From positions 1-49,161 of the forward strand of contig NW_021834354.1 in the NCBI RefSeq assembly GCF_006345805.1: a DNA stretch of 49,161 bases, read 5' to 3'. Made by a program: the position numbers and the translations under genes. The notes below the pieces were generated by a model. The model worked only from the letters and a program-made list of their open reading frames with translations, made no database searches and was not told where the DNA came from. This DNA is from Octopus sinensis. Lineage: Eukaryota. Shown here one piece after another: positions 12,650-26,580 of the stretch (the first letter of the stretch is position 1; each line of letters starts with the position of its first letter).

Positions 12650-13796
12650 GATTTCTTTGATTTGTGAGAGGAGCGTTGAACGATGGGTTTATTACAAAAG
12701 CCAGCTACATAAAGAATAGGGTTTGACACAAAAATCGCACTTGGAAATAAAGGCACAAGGATTGCGAATTGGTGGGGGGTTAATACAGTGTCGTGGGGTT
12801 GGTGTGTTGAAATTAAGTGAAAAAAAGTTTTAAATTATACAAATGAGATAAGGATTTTAAAAATATACGAAATGTTTATATTCCACAAAAAGGGAAGCGC
12901 GAAGTAAACTAGGAACAGCACAAATCCCTAGATTATAGGGATAAGGGCCTCTTTTCTGATACAAAATTACCGACGAACATTCCGAGTAAAACCATCCACA
13001 TGAGACTCATCTAAGTTTAGTGAAGGAGACCAGTTTTCTCTCAATACTCAGCTTCCCTTTCAAGTGGCACTTAAAGAACGAGGGCTTGGCTAGGGAGGGT
13101 AAATGTTGTCATCTTCCTTCTTAATCATCAACACCATCTTTTTCACCATAGCAACCGAACAGAGGAAAACTAATTGCCCTTCCTTGCACTCGACAGAAAG
13201 TGTTCGACATAATTAGAAATGTCAACAACGATCAAATCCTGTACTGGGTATGTTTAGAACGTTTCGTTGTTCGCTGGGCTTTTCTTTCTTACCCATAGAA
13301 ATTTACTCGAATTGGTCATAGCCTCGACATTCAAGATTTTTTGGAAGCTGTTCCCAATCCTCATTTGAGAATTCCCCGTGATCTTCAACATTGAATTCTT
13401 TATTTCTAATCATGATTTCTTGACCAGTTACTTCGAAATGGCAAAGCATCTCCCAACTTCCGTTTTATGTTTAAAACGGGAAAGGCGGTGGATTGGTAAA
13501 ATACTCTGCAGTTCCAGTTCCGACACTTTGTGAATTCAAATCCTGCCAAAGACAACTTTTTAGTTATTCATTCTTTCGGAGTCGATAGAATAAAGTATCA
13601 GAGAAGGACTGAATTGGACCAATTCAACTAATACTTTGCCATCAAAATTATTGGTATTGCGCACAAACCAGAAGCCACGAGAACATACAGCCAAACTCAG
13701 TTGACCCCTCATTCATTCGCAAGGAAACTGAGGTTTAAGTCATCAGGAGAGGAAGTACTAATTAGAACTTTTTTTTTAATGAACGCTTTAGCCTGT

Positions 13797-14143
13797 CAAG
13801 TAGATCGATCCCAGTTCGCAACTGGTACTTAATTTATAAACCCCGAAAGGATGAAAGGCAAAGTCGACCTCGGCGGAATTTGAACTCAGAACGTAACGGC
13901 AGACGAAATACGTATTTCTTTATTACCCACAAGGGGCTAAACACAGAGGGGACAAACAAGGACAGACATAGGTATTAAGTCGATTACATCGACCCCAGTG
14001 CGTAACTGGTACTTAATTTATCGACCCCGAAAGGATGAAAGGCAAAGTCGACCTCGGCGGAATTTGATCTCAGAACGTAACGGCAGAAGAAATACGGCTA
14101 CGCATTTCGCCCGGCGTGCTAACCATTCTGCCAGCTCCGCCAC
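13797..14143 (-). mobile_element. Two tandem SINE family B copies
   Basis: Two colinear blocks, 13797-13912 and 13913-14143, share ACTGGTACTTAATTTAT..CCCCGAAAGGATGAAAGGCAAAGTCGACCTCGGCGGAATTTGA.CTCAGAACGTAACGGCAGA. The second includes the head GGCGGAGCTGGCAGAATGGTTAGCACGCCGGGCG. Confidence 0.9.
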
Positions 14144-14384
14144 CTTGTTTATCTCGTGTATAACGAGGAAAAAGAAGACGGGTTTGAACTTGGTGTTACA
14201 TCTGTTATATATGTCTAACCTGGAATAAAGGAAGACCGAGTTAATGTCAATTCTCTCATTCTTGACATCCTCTTTCATCTGCGTTCTTCTGTCACCACAC
14301 GAAACCTTATGAGATCACGCAACACAGGCAGTTTAATACGGTTAATAATAAAAGCCGAAACCTGAACAGAACGTGTCTGTCTAT

Positions 14385-15050
<666 letters not shown>

Positions 15051-17032
15051 CAAACTATGTATTCTCTTTAAACATCTGCCATTTATTCCATGTAAGACTA
15101 CACTCATGTTTGAAGTACGCCTCGAGTATGAAGTTCTAAGAACCTGGCTTCATTAGCCTCAGCACAGCAATGACGTAGACGACACACACACACAGAGGAA
15201 ATTCGCGTCAGCTTGGAAGCTGTAAATAGAAACATTTGTCTCAAGTGTTTAAGTAGTGACACTCGATGGTCGCAGCAGGTACAGCAGCAGCAGCAACAAC
15301 AACAACAACAACAACAGCAACAGAGCAACAATAAAGAACTGTTAGCGAAACTGGACAACGAGGAGGTCTGTTGGTAGTCGTTCCACTCCTCAGAAATAGC
15401 AGTTAAATCGCACTCTACATTCGATGATGAAGTTCTATAAAGCTCCAAAGACGTAATTGTCAGGATTGGAACCTGTGTGAGCACAGAACTATTCGACTGG
15501 GCCCTAGTTTTAAACAACAGCTCAAAACAATAGTGACAACAACAACAACAACAACAACAACAGCAGCAGCAGCAGCAGCAACGCCTGCAACAACAACAAC
15601 AACCACTAATAGATTGAAATGAATGTTTGTGACAAGCGGAAGTGAAAGGACTCTTGAAGTCGGTGGAACACTTCAGAAGATCTGTTAATAAGATAGGCTC
15701 AATTAAAATAGCTAATTAGGTTGTCATTTTTACCCCCACCCCCACCCCCCACCCCCACCCCCACCCCCACCCCCATACCTCTACACATATGCGTGCCTAG
15801 GACCCAGTGAGGGAACCTGGAGAAATAACAGCCAAATCTCCTTCAAATCTCATCTATCGTCTTTTTTCCTTTCAAGAGAGAACGGTAGGAACCGTGATTC
15901 TTGAAAGGGGCTGAAAAGCTGGTGGGATGGAATGGGAGAAGGGGAGACTTAATCTCAGGGACTCGTCAGTAAATGGTACTCAAGGAGCGGGTGGTACTAT
16001 TAAATTGTGTAACGGGGTAAGTCTGCCACCCGAGCACACGCGATAGATTTCTCAGGTGGTAGTAGTGGACAACGAGGTTTAAAGTTCGGAAGAGAACGAC
16101 CGATACTTTTACCGACGCCCTGCAGTTTGTGCCAGTTCATCAACCGATATATTCATTAGTTCCGGAAGAGTGAAAGACAAACTTATCTTCAATGGGATTT
16201 GAAACCAGAATGAAAGGATCCTTTTATCTGGCTCTCTGACGATTCCGCTAGTTCGCCGTCTTAGAAGAGAAAGGGGTAATGGAGTTCTTGTTTAAATACA
16301 ATAAAAAAGGTGTCGGTCACGGTTGGATTGCTTTGGGTCATAGATCGACTCAGGGATGATTTATAGCTAGACGACGACCACGACGGCAACTACGACAACA
16401 AAAACAACAAAAAAAGCCTAACGTGACACCTGTGGGCCGCGTCTCGCTGTGACTTTGTTGACCAATTCTTCATGATGACCAACAAATGAGGCAAGCCATT
16501 CCGTGCTCCTACAATGTCTGCAAGAAATAGCAGCCAAAAGTCACTTGAATTTATGCTGGTTGTCTTAAAAAAGAAAGGGAACATTGGATAATGTAGTCCT
16601 TGATATACGATGTATTAAAAAAAAAAGGGACAGGATGGACACAACTGGAACGCCTTTGATCGAAATTCTTTTAATGATGATGATGATGATGTTAGCTCTG
16701 ATGATGATGATGACGACGACCACGATAATGAGGACGTCTTGAAGTACTTCGCCTGTAATTTACAAGAGATTGCAAAGACTCAAAGTTGACGTTTAAGTTT
16801 TGCTGTCAGCATTAAGTGTGTGTGTGTGTGGGGGGGGGGAGTGGGGAGAGGCAGAAAGCAGAAACTGAAGCAGAGAGGAAGGAACAAACTTTAAACAATT
16901 CCATCGACTGAAGTGAACACGTGGCCTGCTTGTCTGTGACTCGTGCACTTTCCGAACCACCAAACTCTGTCAGAGACTGTTTTCAAATGATTTGATAAAC
17001 AAATGCACACGAAAGCGATAAGCTGGGGTTTT

Positions 17033-17221
17033 TCTTTTTACTTGTTTCAGTCTTACGACAGCGGCCATGCTGGGGCACCACCTTGACTGTAGTACTTAAT
17101 TTTTGAGCCTGATACTTATCGGTCAGTTTTGGCGAAAATTACGGGGCTGCAAACAAACCAACACTGGTTATCAAATGGTAATGGAGGACAAACACAAACA
17201 CAAAGACGTACATAAACAGAT

Positions 17222-17269
<48 letters not shown>

Positions 17270-17425
17270 CGGGCTTTTCTCAGTTTTCGTCTATAAATCA
17301 GCTCACAAGGCTTTGGTTAGCCCGGGGTTGTAGCGGAGGACATTTACCCAAGGCTCCGCGCAGTGAAACTGAACCCAAAACAACATGGTTGGAAACCAAG
17401 CTTCTCAACCACATACCCCCACCTG
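17033..17425 (-). mobile_element. SINE family A, diverged full-length copy
   Basis: Tail TTTTACTTGTTTCAGTC..GGCCATGCTGGGGCACC, internal (CA)n, head region GCGCAGTGAAACTGAACCC..AAGCTTCTCAACCAC. Confidence 0.85.
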
Positions 17426-18059
17426 TATATCTATCTTTCTTTTGAAAATCACTCTTGTAATAAATACCGTTGTGTATTTCTAGGTTTCATGCAATGTGAA
17501 GAGAGATAATTCGAAATCTTATTGCGGTTATTTCCATTGGTACATTTTTACACAATTATTTTTCTGCAATCAATTAAATTTTCCGACTGGAAAGCAATTA
17601 TTGAACCAAAAAATATTTTATTATTCACGATAGATCAATGCTAATTTCATTTCAATATTTAAATAACTTCATTTAAAAGTAAATGTAGTTTTCTACGTTT
17701 AAACTTTATTGTTTAATGTTCATTTCCCGTTACATTTAAGATGAATCTATTTTCCGTCACTATTGACGGTATACCTATACTAGTTCTATAAATATCGATT
17801 ATCTGTTTATAGAATGTACACCAGTTCTATTAATATCAATTATCTAGTGTTGATTATCTAAAAAAAAAAAAAAAAACAGTGCAAGAAGACTATAGTAATT
17901 CTGTTTTATTAGAAAACTGAAATTAAAGTATCTCACTTTGAGTATTTGCCACTCACTAATAAAGTTGCAAAAACCAAAATATTGAATTTTCCTCTTTATA
18001 AACAATTCTGGCTTCTATGATATGTTCTATGTATGTATGTGTGTATGTATGTGTGTATG

Positions 18060-18093
<34 letters not shown>

Positions 18094-18207
18094 TGTATGT
18101 ATGTATGTATGTATGTATGTTTGTATGTATGTATGTATGTTTGTATGTATGTATGTATGTATGTGTGTATGTGTGTGTATGTATGTGCATGTGTGTTTAT
18201 ACCTTAC

Positions 18208-18330
18208 ATATTTTACTCGTTTCAGTCATTGGATTGCGGCCATGCTGGGGCACGCCTTGAAGGGCCAAGTCGAACAAATCGAAACCACCGGTTATGGTTA
18301 TCAAACGATGGGAGAAAAGTGATCCCCCCC
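18208..18330 (-). mobile_element. SINE family A 3' fragment
   Basis: TTTTACTCGTTTCAGTCATTGGATTGCGGCCATGCTGGGGCACGCCTTGAAG. Confidence 0.75.
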
Positions 18331-18364
18331 ACAGACACGTACACACACACACACACACACACAC

Positions 18365-18496
<132 letters not shown>

Positions 18497-18865
18497 CGAA
18501 TACAAAGTAAATGTTTCGTACGAAGAATCAGAAGTGTTACAAGTGGCGAATGAAGAAAATGGTTGGTTTAGAGGAGTCTGGAAGGAAGGGCGACGACAAT
18601 AACAATAGCAACAACAACAAAAAGAATAATTAAGACAAGGGTTATAATGAAGGAAGGAAGGCGAGGTGAGGTGGAAGAAGTGGCATCAAGTAGAGCTGAC
18701 GTCATCAACAGATTTCAGAAGTTCTCTGTGTTGTGTGGAGGGAATGGCGGGAAAGAATAATTAATGAAAAACAATGGCTTCCGGTTTCATCTGAGAGAGG
18801 AATTAAAAGAACTTCAGCTTGACTTCGGCGTAATTTGAACTCGGAATCAAATACATAATAATAGA

Positions 18866-18912
<47 letters not shown>

Positions 18913-18932
18913 TAATAATAATAATAATAATA

Positions 18933-19211
18933 ACTCAGATACCAGGAAACCCCAAAATGGCAGAAATTCAAAAGATAGTGCTTATGGGAACTGCTCATAT
19001 CCTACGCAAAATACTTTCTATGTAATCTCAAGTTTTAAAACAAACATAATTTTCGTATGTTTTTTTTAGACATTCACTTGTACAACACAAAGTACAAAAC
19101 CAAATATACGGCACTCTACGCATAACACCAAACATGAACTTCCAACTTGTTGTCTCTTGAGGTCTCTGGGTGAGACTTGGAACCAACTTGTACAAATGTA
19201 AAGCAAAAGTC
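18933..19211 (+). mobile_element. 5'-truncated R4/Dong LINE: ORF C-terminus plus 3' UTR
   Basis: Directly after (TAA)n it reads QIPGNPKMAEIQKIVLMGTAHILRKILSM* (stop 19023-19025), the typical C-terminus of R4-type ORFs. The 3' UTR that follows is homologous to 23486-23697. Confidence 0.85.
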
Positions 19212-19249
19212 GAGCTGAAACTACAGCAAAAAATATATATGTATTAAAC

Positions 19250-19474
19250 CAGGGGTGGGCAAACTTTTTTGATCGCGGGCCGCACAGTGCATCTTTGGAA
19301 CCTTGGCGGGCCTCATTTATAAAAATCAAGTGAAAATATTTTAAAAGGCGGTTATAGACCTATAAACACACAATTGATTGAAAGGAAATTTTGTGAAATA
19401 TTCCTCTCGGCGGGCCGCATGAAAACCTCTGGCGGGCCGCATGCGGCCCGCGGGCCGTAGTTTGCCCACCCCTG
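19250..19474. mobile_element. hAT-superfamily MITE with intact 8-bp TSD
   Basis: TIR CAGGGGTGGGCAAACT / AGTTTGCCCACCCCTG. An identical TATTAAAC lies at 19242-19249 and 19475-19482. Subterminal GCGGGCCGC motifs are present. Confidence 0.95.
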
Positions 19475-19681
19475 TATTAAACGAAATGGGAAAATGAGGA
19501 AAGCTTCTAGCAACAATGCAGAGGGGGAAGTTGGAAGACATTTTTCATGCGAAAAAGGCCCAACATCAGAAGTAAACAAAGAAATGTGTCTAGGTAGATC
19601 TTACCTTTCGACTATCCGTATACATACATGCATACACACATACATACATACATACATACATACATACATACATACATACAT

Positions 19682-19714
<33 letters not shown>

Positions 19715-19807
19715 AAATAATTAAGATTCAGTTGAATTAGGTACTTAAATTGAGGTACCAAGCTAGTTCAGTATTGTCTGCACAGTTCAAACTTCGGTGA
19801 ATAAAAA

Positions 19808-20769
19808 GCAAATAAGTAACAAGGATGTCCAACTATCAATACATTACGGCCGTTTCCAGGGGCTCCATTTAATCGATCAATGAAAAATACATCAATTTGA
19901 GAGAAACCGCTCTCCTCATTGCAGACGACCATACAGATTACCAATATAAAGGATAAACCATTTTTTTTAGCACACTCTCCCTGACCCTTATTTTATTGGG
20001 ACCATATATCTTGCTTTATCTACATAAAAGGATATGTTTCAGAGCTGCTAGTAAGAGAATGACTGATGGGGAAGAAAGTTATAACTATAAGGGGGGAGGA
20101 CGGGGTGGCTAGCACATATTTAGATTGTCAAATAAAACGGAAATAAAGTGGAAAGCAAAAGAGATCGAAATAAGAGCTAAGGGTGGGAATTAGAACCTAG
20201 GGTTACGAGGCGCACCATAACTTAGCCAATTTAATATATTAGAAATTTAGAAAGGAATTATATAACAATATAAAGGGAAAAGAATTGATAATTAAACTTA
20301 AACATTAAAATGGGGTACTTTAATATTTAAGAGAAAGTTCATAAGACCTTTCCTAAGCAGATGGCTAAGGTGGTCATGATAAAACTATCCCACAATGAAT
20401 TTATAAGTAAATCAAATTGTCATCTGAGTTGGAGTACATAGCTTATATTAAAATCAAAACCAGGATAAATATCCTTATTACAGGTGGCTACTCTCTAAAC
20501 TATTGTGGGCTTTAGGTATACATATTTCCCTAAATTCATTCTGTCACAAATATAGCAAAAAGAAACAACGTATTTATTTTGGTTTCTCTGATTGATATAA
20601 ATTGTGCTAAAAAATGGTTTATCATTTATATTGGAAATCTGTATGGTCGTCTGCAATGAGGAGAACGGTTTCTCTCAAATTGATATAGTGTTTTCATTGA
20701 TCGATTAAATGGAGCCGCTAGAAACGGCCGTAATGCATTGATACCTGGACATACTTGTTATTTATTTGC
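19808..20769. mobile_element. Inverted PLE-type terminal repeats around a ~630 bp spacer
   Basis: Arms 19808-19974 and 20603-20769 are diverged reverse complements. The sequence 19715-19835 resembles the flank of the hammerhead at 38050-38170. Confidence 0.7.
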
Positions 20770-21554
20770 CCTCTCTCCCTCCCCCTCTCTCTCTATATAT
20801 ATACATATTTATATATGTATGTGTGTGTGTGTGTTTATATGGTGTCTTTCCCCTGCCTTCAGGTTGACCTCAGTCTTGTAAGTTAAATTAGGTTGATTGA
20901 AACTGTGTAGAATTTGCAGCAGTAATTGAACAGGTGCGACTTTGTCACATAAAATTGTGTCTTGCTGATTCGATCTGGGGATTATGTTAAGAGTACACTT
21001 CTCTGCGGAGTACTCAACCACTTTGGAAGTTGATTGAATGAGTCGAACATTCAGTGAAGAAATATCCATCACACACATCACAAAAAACTCCCGGGGTGGT
21101 CATAGTTAGATTGTCTATGATCATAAGTTTTACCATAGACGAGGGCTTTTTTTTCTACAGCTAAACAATAACTTGAATGAAGACAACAAAAGTTTGCTCA
21201 CTGAACTGAGTGAAATCGTTTAATAACATTTCAAAAAGGCTGACTGACATTTTGAGTTTGTTTTGCAAAGAATTTGGAGGTGAAACTAATATTGATTTAT
21301 TTAGGGAGAGTTTTATGATTAATAAAACAGACACTCATTAGGTGGAGCACAAGTTGAGGTGGTAACTAATATTTTTGAGGGGGAAAAAGAAGAGAAATGT
21401 AGACAAACAACGAACTGTGAATGTGTTTTTGGGTTTTATTAATCGCGACTCTTCCCAAATGTAACAATAATGTCTTACATTAACCCTTGTAAAAAATACG
21501 GTCGAAAACCTAATGATGTTGTTAGTGTTGTTGTTGATGTTGTCTAATCCTTAG

Positions 21555-21855
21555 GTCGAACACCACAGTCCTGTAGTCGAACACAACAGACCTGTAGTCG
21601 AACACTACAGTCTGAGGTCGAACACAACAGGCCTGTAGTCGAACACAACAGGCCTGTAGTCGAACACAACAGGCCTGTAGTCGAACACAACAGACCTGTA
21701 GTCGAACACTACAGTCTGAGGTCGAACACAACAGGCCTGTAGTCGAACACTACAGTCTGAGGTCGAACACAACACGCCTGTGGTCGAACACAACAGGCCT
21801 GTGGTCGAAAGTCGAAAACCACAGTCCTGTGGTCGAAAACACCGGTCGAAAAACC
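21555..21855. repeat. 20-21 bp minisatellite (GTCGAACACAACAGGCCTGTA), about 14 units
   Basis: Head-to-tail units with recurring variants (CTACAGTCTGAG, CAACAGACCTGTA) and no unique spacers. Confidence 0.95.
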
Positions 21856-22950
21856 GTAGAAGTGTAATTGCCGAATTATTCCGCGCCGGCAGAAGTGCTG
21901 GGGAGATTGTTAGAGCCACAAAGTATGTCAAATCTATTGTTTTTAGAGTTGTTACCCGATTTGAAGAAAAGTCAGGATATCCTGAGAAAGCTCCACAGTT
22001 TTCCTAATGACCGAAAACGCACAGCTCGCTTCTTAGCAGAACTTGAAAGATCGATTGAGTCGAACCCATCAAAATCGATAGCGAAGTTGGCTCAAGATCA
22101 AGGAATCAGTAAAATGACCATTTCTAGGGCTGTGAGACAAGACCTTCATATGAAATCATACATGGGGAGACACTGTAACATCCTAATTATCCGCTCCAAA
22201 ACTATTGAAGCTGAAAGAAATCCCAAACTTTTTAGTTATTTGAAACATCGTGACGAAGACATCCGAGTCTTCGCGAAGGAAAAGAAATTCGTGATAGACG
22301 AAGTTACAAACCGTCAAAACTCACGAGTGATAGCGTACGACCCTCTCAAGTTCCTTCAGCTATGCAGAACAAGAATCTGGCTTCCATTATGGTCGTTGGA
22401 GCTGTTGTAAGTGATGGGAAATTGATGCCTCCTCATTTTATTGAAGCGGGTCATAAAATCAACATAGCAGGGAACCTCGAAATCTTAGAGGTTTTGTTGC
22501 CTTGGATTAGAAAGCATTATTTTGCAAATCGAGTCATGCTCGTGCAGTACTCTGTACATTCTTCGAAAAGAGTGCAAGAATTTTTGAAGAAGGAATTTGC
22601 CATCTTTGTTCCTAAAGGTATCTGGCCGGCTAACTCGCCAGATTTGAATCTGTGTGAGTTTTGGCTATGGGACGCAGCCGAAGCAATATCCAACTTCTCA
22701 CAACTGTGTGTCTTCATTGGAGGCTTCCATCGAGCGAGCGTTCAGTAAAATGAAAAAGGAAGAAATCGTTAAGACGTGCGTTTTATTTCATAAACGGATT
22801 AAACTGGGAAGGAAAGCAAATGGCGGTCACATTGAACTAAGTGCCAAACATTCCACAATAAATTGGCAGAAGCATAAAATTTGCAGTTTTTGATTTTTCC
22901 GAGTTAAACCAATTATGATAAAAATATTTAAATGGTACCAATTTACTTGT
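21850..22950 (+). pseudogene. Tc1/mariner transposase, maT (DD37D)-like, frameshifted
   Basis: HTH region SVIAELFRAGRSAGEIVRATKY; then KSIAKLAQDQGISKMTISRAVRQDL, KKFVIDEVTNRQNSR, IMVVGAVVSDG, and HSSKRVQEFL..WPANSPDLNLC, across three overlapping ORFs. Catalytic residues are degenerate. Confidence 0.88.
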
Positions 22951-23166
22951 GTATATTTATATAGTCAAGTTGTCAGAAGGTTGAAGGTACGGTGGTGAGG
23001 TGATGGGTTCTCGGACACTCAGAACAAAAGGAGTTGTCTGCTACCGAGGGGCGCACGGGGCAGACATTTTGCCTAAACATCTCGGACACAGTCACATATA
23101 TACACATAAACACTTACACATACAAGCACATTCCGACACACACACACACACACGCACACACGCACG

Positions 23167-23209
<43 letters not shown>

Positions 23210-23419
23210 ACAAACGCATATACATAGACGCAGGCATGCACTTTCACATTATCAATAAATAAGTATCTGGAAGAGGATGCTGAGAATAAGAAAAAAAGAG
23301 GAGGACGATCATGCGGATGAGGATGATGATGATGGTGATAATAGTGGAAGCATTGAGGAGAATGATTATTGCGTTGCTGTTATTGGTAGTGGTCGCCTAC
23401 CTATCAAATTAGTAAGCGT

Positions 23420-23485
<66 letters not shown>

Positions 23486-23488
<3 letters not shown>

Positions 23489-23693
23489 CTCTATGTAATC
23501 TCAAGGTTTAAAACAAACAATTAAAAAAAAAAAATTACTTATTAGACATTCACTAGTACAACACCAAAAAACCCCCCAAATATATGGCACACTAGGCATA
23601 ACAACAACATGAACTTCCAACCTGTTGTCTCTTGAGGTCTCTGGGTGAGACTTGGAGCCAACTTGTACAAACATAAAGCAAAAGTCAAACATA

Positions 23694-23697
<4 letters not shown>
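23486..23697 (+). mobile_element. 5'-truncated R4/Dong LINE 3' UTR flanked by (AAT)n on both sides
   Basis: Starts at the last codons (LSM*) and aligns to 19015-19211. (AAT)n lies at 23419-23485 and 23695-23745. Confidence 0.85.
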
Positions 23698-23746
<49 letters not shown>

Positions 23747-23751
23747 TTTAT

Positions 23752-24165
23752 GCGGCGAGCTGGCAGAGTTGTTAGCACGCTGGGCAAAATGCTAAGCGTT
23801 ATTTTGCCTGTCGCTACGTTCTGAGTTCAAATTTCGCCGAGGTCGACTTTGCCTTTCATCCTTTCGGAGTCGATAAATTAAGTACCAGTGAAACACTGGG
23901 GTCGATATAATTGACTAACCCTCTCCCCATTAAATTTCAAGCTATAATAAAAATGATGTTTATTATTACTATTATTAAGGCGGCGAACTGGCAGAGTCGT
24001 TAGAACGTTGAATGAAATGCTTCGTGGTATTTCAGCTGTCGCTACGTTCTGAGTTCGAATTCCGCCGAGGTTGACTTTGCCTTTTATCCTTTCAGGGTCG
24101 ATAAATTAAATACCAGTTGAGTACTGGGGTCGATGTAATCGACTTATCCGCTTCCCCGAAATTGC
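23752..24165 (+). mobile_element. Two tandem SINE family B copies
   Basis: Heads GCGGCGAGCTGGCAGAGTTGTTAGCACG (23752) and GGCGGCGAACTGGCAGAGTCGTTAG (23979), each with B-box GAGTTCAAAT/GAGTTCGAAT and the shared body. Confidence 0.9.
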
Positions 24166-24869
24166 TAGTAGTAGTAGTAGTAGTTGATGTAGCTGTAGTG
24201 GTAGTAGCAGCAGCAGTGGTGGTGGTGGTGGAATGGTGATAACGAAAACCTTTTCCACCGGTATAATTTACAAAAGCACCATCATCATCATCATCATCAT
24301 CAGTAGCAGCAACAACAACAGGTACGACAACAACAATAACACCAACCGGAAGTAATAATTGCATGGCGGTGATCGATGCCAGACCAATCAATGTCTGCTG
24401 GAATACAAGAAGACTGTTGCATCATGGGAAAACTAATGAAAGCCATGAATGGAACTATTGTCTAGAGGGGGAGGAGGGGGAGGAGGGGGAGGTGGAGGAG
24501 GTGTTAGGATGATGGTTTCGAAACGAATGTTGTTGGTGATGATGATGATGATGATGATGTTGGTGCTTTCTCAGGTGGAATGCGATGAAGCATTGTCGGA
24601 CTTTTTTGAGTTTCCTCAGACACACACACACACACGTTTCTCTGTGTGAATGTCTGTATGCATACACACAAACACACACACACACACACACACACAACAC
24701 CCCCACCCCCACAGTTTTTAGATTCACTTAATGGTAACGTTAAAGGTATGCAAGTAAAGCTCCGGTACCATTATGCCGACCACAGTCTAATGATGCTGAG
24801 TAATGAACCAGTCTTTTGGGGTTACATCATGGTTATACCGATATGATGTAGGATAAAAATATAATAATG

Positions 24870-24906
<37 letters not shown>

Positions 24907-25085
24907 TAATTGAATTAGTCTTTGATAATGAATCGATGATGATGATCAACCGGATGCGCACGGATAATACGGACTCTACTCATTCCAAGGATACGGACTC
25001 TGATGTGACTTATGCGATGTATTAAATAGTTATGAATTCCATCCTAGAATTATTGTTATTATATGTATATATATATAGACACACA

Positions 25086-25126
<41 letters not shown>

Positions 25127-25128
25127 TT

Positions 25129-25201
<73 letters not shown>

Positions 25202-25696
25202 TGTACATATACATACATACATACATACATACATACATACATACATACATACATACATACACACATATATGTACATATGCATACATACATATATAACTTT
25301 TAAGAATCATAATTGGCCCGAACTTTAATTAAACTTTTGAGTCTAAGGCAGACGTTGGAACGGCAGGCATGTCGATCTCATCGTCTTAACTGCCAACCAT
25401 TGTGATTCTAACATTGCAATCTTCTTAAATAACTTCTGGCCTCTGGCGAGAATGTGTCTTCCAGGGTAAAGAAAAAAAAAGCGATAAGTTTAAACAAACA
25501 AGCAAAAAAAGAAAAAAAACCGACGGTCAATCGTTAGAAAAGTTGCGTTTGTTGAGCAAGTCCCGGAAAGCATGAATGGGAGTGGAGGCAAGTCAACGAC
25601 ACCGATGCCACTCCTTTTCCATGTTACAACCAGAGACATCAGGTAAAAATCCTATGAGAAAGGGTCAGTTTATGTCCAGTTAGAGCAGTTAGAGCA

Positions 25697-26260
25697 GTGA
25701 TCCGGTCGAAGAGCTTGTTGAATAAACTCAGGCACACCGAGGAACCCAAAATGCTCCGGTTCTTTTCAGACGAGAAATTTGTCGAAGATCAAACATCGTA
25801 CTGGAGAAATGACAAATGGCTCTGCACCCGTCGTTTGTGCACCAAGTTCTTATCAACTATGATGGTCTTAGGGTCGTGAGCAATGCGGGCCATGTTATAT
25901 CTTCTCACTTTCTCCGCAAGGTCTTTGGGTCAATGCAGCAGCCTACATCGAGGCAATGGAGACAGTTGTGAAACCCTGAATCGAGAGAGTTTTTCTGTGG
26001 TGACCCTACGTGTTCCAAGAAGACTCAACTCCTTCGCACACAGCCTGCACGATCAAGGAGTGGACGGTCGAAAATCTTCGTGATCCTATTATCCCTAATG
26101 TTTGGTGTCCTAGCTCCATTGATTTAAACGACTGAACTACTCCTTCTGGGGTGCCGCTAAGAAGGAGATCAACACGTGTGTCCACAATATATAGAGTCCC
26201 TTATATCTGCTGTTGAGGACGTCATGACCAATATGAATGAGGGTTGCCTGATCAACGTTT
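25697..26260 (+). pseudogene. Second maT (DD37D)-like transposase fragment
   Basis: LRFFSDEKF..TMMVLG..NAAAYIEAMETVVKP..YVFQEDSTPSHTACTIKEWTVENL..WCPSSIDLN. About 37 residues separate the second D and the third catalytic position (counted by eye). Confidence 0.85.
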
Positions 26261-26429
26261 AAATAAAGCAATCAAACAAATAAATGAGACATCAAGGTGG
26301 CCCCTAAAATTTTGGAGCTTCGTTATTTTGGATAAAATGGGAATTAATTAATTGTTTGGGAGGCGCTGGGGACGTGACAGAGCCTGGCATTCAGCGGCAT
26401 CCGAGCAGAGACGAATTGTAAACATACAG

Positions 26430-26580
26430 GCGGAGGCATAGTAGTGTGGTTAAACAGTTTGCTTTGCAACAACGTGGTTGTGGGTTCGATTTCATAGCGC
26501 ATCACCTTGCACAGGGGTCTTCTATTAAATTTGGAGTGGACCAATGTCTTGCGAGTGGAATTTAGTTACCGGACGCTCTA
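26430..26580 (+). mobile_element. Diverged SINE family A 5' half
   Basis: GGCGGAGGCATAGTAGTGTGGTTAAACAGTTTGCTTTGCAAC..GGGTTCGATTTC..CACCTTGCACAGGGGTCTTCTA. Confidence 0.6.

Noticed and set aside
13010-13450. Possible LINE coding remnant (DLIVVD-like) on the minus strand; similarly 11620-12000
   Set aside because: Too degenerate to assign by eye.
14018-14278. [16 protein letters not shown] as an exon
   Set aside because: The acceptor context is purine-rich, the frame runs into a SINE, and I recognise no homology.
21555-21855. CRISPR-like regular repeats
   Set aside because: Units are contiguous and the variable parts recur; there are no unique spacers or cas genes, and the context is eukaryotic.
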